From NCBI GenBank assembly GCA_044229975.1, contig JBGARZ010000003.1, forward strand, positions 128,001-192,000: 64,000 nucleotides of DNA, given 5' to 3'. This DNA is from Polyangiales bacterium (GTDB taxonomy: Bacteria > Myxococcota_A > Polyangia > Polyangiales > Ga0077539). How positions within the stretch are numbered: the first letter of the stretch is position 1; every line of letters begins with the position of its first letter. Shown one piece after another: positions 61,125 through 64,000 of this stretch. The position numbers were made by a program, and so were the translations under genes. The notes beneath the pieces were generated by a model. That model made no database searches. It had not been told where the DNA came from and saw only the letters and a program-made list of their open reading frames with translations.

Positions 61125-61907
61125 ATGGCGACGGAAGAAGACGGCCTCCCAGCGCAGACCGGGCGCGCCCTGCTCAACCTCGCCACCGACGTCGGCGGGG
61201 CGGCCGTGCTCGCGGGGCGGCTCGCGCGACGGATGGTTCCGCCGCGGCTCGATGGGCCAGAGCTCTGGCGCAACCTGTACCGCATGGGCGTGCGATCGCT
61301 GCCCATCGTCGGGGTCACGGCGCTCTTCACGGGCGGCATCATGGTGATCCAGGCGGGGGTGCTCATCCGCCGCTTCGGGGCCGAGGGGCTCCTCGGTTGG
61401 GGCGCCGGCTTCGCGACGCTGCGCGAGGTAGGACCCATCCTCATCGCGCTGATGTTCTCGGGTCGCGTCGGGGCCAACAACACCGCCGAGCTCGCGACCA
61501 TGACCGTCACCGAGCAGATCGACGCGCTGGAGACGCTCGCCATCGACCCGCTGTCGTACCTGATCCTGCCGCGGGTCATCGCGATGGTGGTGATGCTCTT
61601 CGTGCTCACGGTCTACGGCGACGTGCTCGCGCTCCTCGGCGCGGCGGGGATGGGCGACGCGCTCCTCGGCGTGAGCACGGCCACCTTCTTCAACGGCTTC
61701 CTCGAGACCATCCGCGTCTGGGACCTCGCTACCGGGCTCATCAAGAGTGTGCTCTTTGGTGGCGTCATCGCCCTCTCAAGCAGCCACTTCGGGCTCGCGG
61801 TGTCGGGCGGCGCGCCGGGCGTGGGCCGCGCCGTCAACGCCTCGGTGGTCGCGAGCGCCACCGGCATCTTCGTCTGCGACTACCTCGCGACGTACGTTCT
61901 GCAATGA
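61125..61907 (+). CDS. MlaE-type ABC permease (copy 1)
   Basis: REVGP, GRVGA, AELATMTVTEQIDAL. Confidence 0.92.
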   Translation: MATEEDGLPAQTGRALLNLATDVGGAAVLAGRLARRMVPPRLDGPELWRNLYRMGVRSLPIVGVTALFTGGIMVIQAGVLIRRFGAEGLLGWGAGFATLREVGPILIALMFSGRVGANNTAELATMTVTEQIDALETLAIDPLSYLILPRVIAMVVMLFVLTVYGDVLALLGAAGMGDALLGVSTATFFNGFLETIRVWDLATGLIKSVLFGGVIALSSSHFGLAVSGGAPGVGRAVNASVVASATGIFVCDYLATYVLQ

Positions 61908-62695
61908 GCGCCGACCTCGAAGCACCACGGTCGCCTCTCACCATCGTCCTGGAGAAGGTCGTCGGCGACGCACGCGAGCTGCAGGGCGTCTTCCTCCGAA
62001 CGCTCTACTGGACAGCGCGCGGACGACGCCAGCCCGGTGAGGTCGCGCGGCAGTGTTACGAGGTGGGCAACCGCTCGGCGTTCTTCCTCTCGGTGACCAT
62101 GGGCTTCATCGGGATGATCCTGGTGTTCCAGAGCGGGTTGCAGCTCCTGCGGGTGGTGCCCGATCTGACGTTGCTGGGCGCGACGTTTCTGGAGCTGCTG
62201 GTGCGCGACCTCGGCCCGTCCATCGCGGCGCTGATGCTGGCCACGCGGGTGGGTGCGGGCATCGCCGCGGAGATCGGCAGCATGGTAGTGACGGAGCAGG
62301 TGGACGCGCTGCGGATGTGCGGCGTCGATCCGGTGGACCACCTCGTGGTGCCGCGCTTCATCGCATGCGTGGTGATGACGGCCGCGCTGGTGGTGTGGTC
62401 GAGTCTGGTGAGCTTCGCAGCGGGCGGGGCGACGGCGTGGTTCGTCTTCGACGTGCAGCCGCTGACGTACATCAACTTCTCGCTGCTCGATCGCGGCGAC
62501 CTCATCCAGGGGTTGATGAAGTGCGTGGCCTACGGCGCGGCGATCCCGGTGGTGTCGGGGTGGTGCGGGCTCACGACGCGCGGTGGCAGCGAGGGCGTCG
62601 GGTCGGCCACGACGAGCGCGGTGGTCAACAGCTCGCTCGCGGTGATCATGCTCGACCTGGTGATCTCGGGCGTCGGCTTCGTGGTGTTTGGATGA
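61904..62695 (+). CDS. MlaE-type ABC permease (copy 2)
   Basis: ATGA overlap; RDLGP, AEIGSMVVTEQVDAL, GGSEGVG. Confidence 0.92.
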   Translation: MSADLEAPRSPLTIVLEKVVGDARELQGVFLRTLYWTARGRRQPGEVARQCYEVGNRSAFFLSVTMGFIGMILVFQSGLQLLRVVPDLTLLGATFLELLVRDLGPSIAALMLATRVGAGIAAEIGSMVVTEQVDALRMCGVDPVDHLVVPRFIACVVMTAALVVWSSLVSFAAGGATAWFVFDVQPLTYINFSLLDRGDLIQGLMKCVAYGAAIPVVSGWCGLTTRGGSEGVGSATTSAVVNSSLAVIMLDLVISGVGFVVFG

Positions 62696-63435
62696 TCGAG
62701 TTTCGCGGCATCCGGAAGGCGTTCGGTCCGAAGACCGTGCTCGACGGGGTCGACCTCACCATCCCGGATGGCGAGGTGTTCTTCCTCATCGGGGCTTCGG
62801 GCGCGGGCAAGAGCGTGCTCATCAAGCACCTCATCGGGCTGCTCAAGCCCGACGCGGGCGAGATCTTCCTCGACGGCCGCGACGTCTCGAAGCTCGACAC
62901 CGCGGCGCTCTACGAGGTGCGGCGCGTCTGCGCGATGGTCTTCCAACACTCGACGCTCTTCGACTCGATGAGCTGCGCGGAAAACGTCGCCCTCCCCCTC
63001 CGCAAGCACCGCGGGCTGTCCATGAAGGACGCCCTCGCGGAGGCTCGGCGACGGTTGGAGGTGGTGCACATGCAGGCGTACGGCGACCGCTTCCCGGCCG
63101 AGCTCGGCGACGGGATGCGCAAGCGCGTGGCCATCGCGAGGGCGCTCACCGTCGACCCGCGCTACGTGCTCTTCGACGAGCCCACCACCTCGCTCGACCC
63201 GGTGAGCGCGCGGCGCGTCGACCGGCTCATCCGCGAGCTGTCGGACAAGCTCGGGGTCACGAGCGTCGTGGTGTCGCACGACCTCGCGTCGATCTTCAGC
63301 ATCGCCGACCGCATCGCGTTTCTCTACAAGGGCAAGCTGCGGAAGGTCGGCACACCCGGGGAGTTTCGCGAGAGCGAGGACGCGATCGTGCGGCAGTTCA
63401 CCCGCGGAATCGCGGAAGGTCCGATGGAGGTGTGA
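62692..63435 (+). CDS. MlaF/Mkl-type ABC ATPase (copy 2)
   Basis: GASGAGKS, LFDSM, variant signature LGDGM, FDEP, VSHD. Confidence 0.9.
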   Translation: MIEFRGIRKAFGPKTVLDGVDLTIPDGEVFFLIGASGAGKSVLIKHLIGLLKPDAGEIFLDGRDVSKLDTAALYEVRRVCAMVFQHSTLFDSMSCAENVALPLRKHRGLSMKDALAEARRRLEVVHMQAYGDRFPAELGDGMRKRVAIARALTVDPRYVLFDEPTTSLDPVSARRVDRLIRELSDKLGVTSVVVSHDLASIFSIADRIAFLYKGKLRKVGTPGEFRESEDAIVRQFTRGIAEGPMEV

Positions 63436-63475
63436 TGGTGATGGCGTTCGACGGTAGTCTCCGCGGCCAACGCTG

Positions 63476-64000
63476 ATGGCCGCCGCGCGATCGATCGAGG
63501 TGAAGGTGGGGCTCCTGGTGCTGGTCGCCGGCGGTCTCCTCGTGGCGCTGGTGCTGGTGATGGGAGGGCTCCACTTCGGCAAGCGCTTCTCCATCGCCGT
63601 CGACTTCAACAACCCGGGCGGTCTCCAGGGCGGCGCGCCGGTGAAGATCGCAGGCGTGCGGGTCGGCGCGGTCGATCGACTGGAGTTCCGTGGTCCACAG
63701 ATCGACCCGCGCACGCAGCGCAGTTCGCTGGTGCGGGTGCACATCGAGGTCGACGAACGCTACCGACGCGAGCTGCACTCCGACGCGGCCTTCTACGTGA
63801 CCACCCAGGGTGTGCTGGGGGAGCAGTTTCTCGCCATCGACCCGGGCTCAAGCACCCGACCGGCGCTCGACATCTCGCGGCCCGTCGAGGGCATCGACCC
63901 GCCGCGCATCGACCTCTTCGTAGCGCGGGCCTACACGCTGCTCGATGACACCGTCACGGCGATGCACAACAACCGCGCGCAGATCGGCGCGATGGCCGAC
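63476..64000 (+). CDS. MlaD/MCE-domain protein (partial, runs off window)
   Basis: Absent from the ORF track. Manual translation MAAARSIEVKVGLLVLV...GLQGGAPVKIAGVRVGAV...GVLGEQFLAIDPG. Confidence 0.92.
   Translation, partial: MAAARSIEVKVGLLVLVAGGLLVALVLVMGGLHFGKRFSIAVDFNNPGGLQGGAPVKIAGVRVGAVDRLEFRGPQIDPRTQRSSLVRVHIEVDERYRRELHSDAAFYVTTQGVLGEQFLAIDPGSSTRPALDISRPVEGIDPPRIDLFVARAYTLLDDTVTAMHNNRAQIGAMAD

Overview
A very GC-rich, densely coded bacterial chromosomal window. The gene content (a TIGR04552-like protein, several Cys-rich and Asp-rich lipoproteins, an FHA/PP2C cluster, a sigma54-type pilA) points to Myxococcota, probably Polyangia-like; this is an inference. It holds about 54 CDS. Housekeeping genes include hrpB, hflX, a DTW protein, rsmA, kup, a cyclophilin, ppk1, lon, parA, accA, ltaE, ftsH, rlmN, dapE, dapD and a duplicated Mla/Mce ABC operon. 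There are two tRNAs, Ser-TGA (minus) and Thr-CGT (plus). I found no integrase, transposase or CRISPR array. Most notable: (1) an uncharacterised TIGR04552-like protein showing all five RelA/SpoT synthetase motifs, preceded by a 70-aa membrane ORF and a sigma54-like promoter; (2) a kinase-less FHA signalling cluster (Zn-ribbon-FHA-FHA, membrane PP2C, FHA-TM-trypsin, FHA-GAF-adenylate cyclase) overlapping accA; (3) a triple-Tudor/Zn-ribbon protein convergent with an SNF2 plus degenerate SWIM pair beside tRNA-Ser; (4) a non-coding 43-bp-period repeat array between tRNA-Thr and the pilA promoter; (5) a standalone 121-aa protein that is about 40% acidic; (6) a beta-barrel/giant lipase lipoprotein pair. 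All calls come from reading motifs by eye; no database searches were run. Many start codons were trimmed by hand relative to the ORF track.
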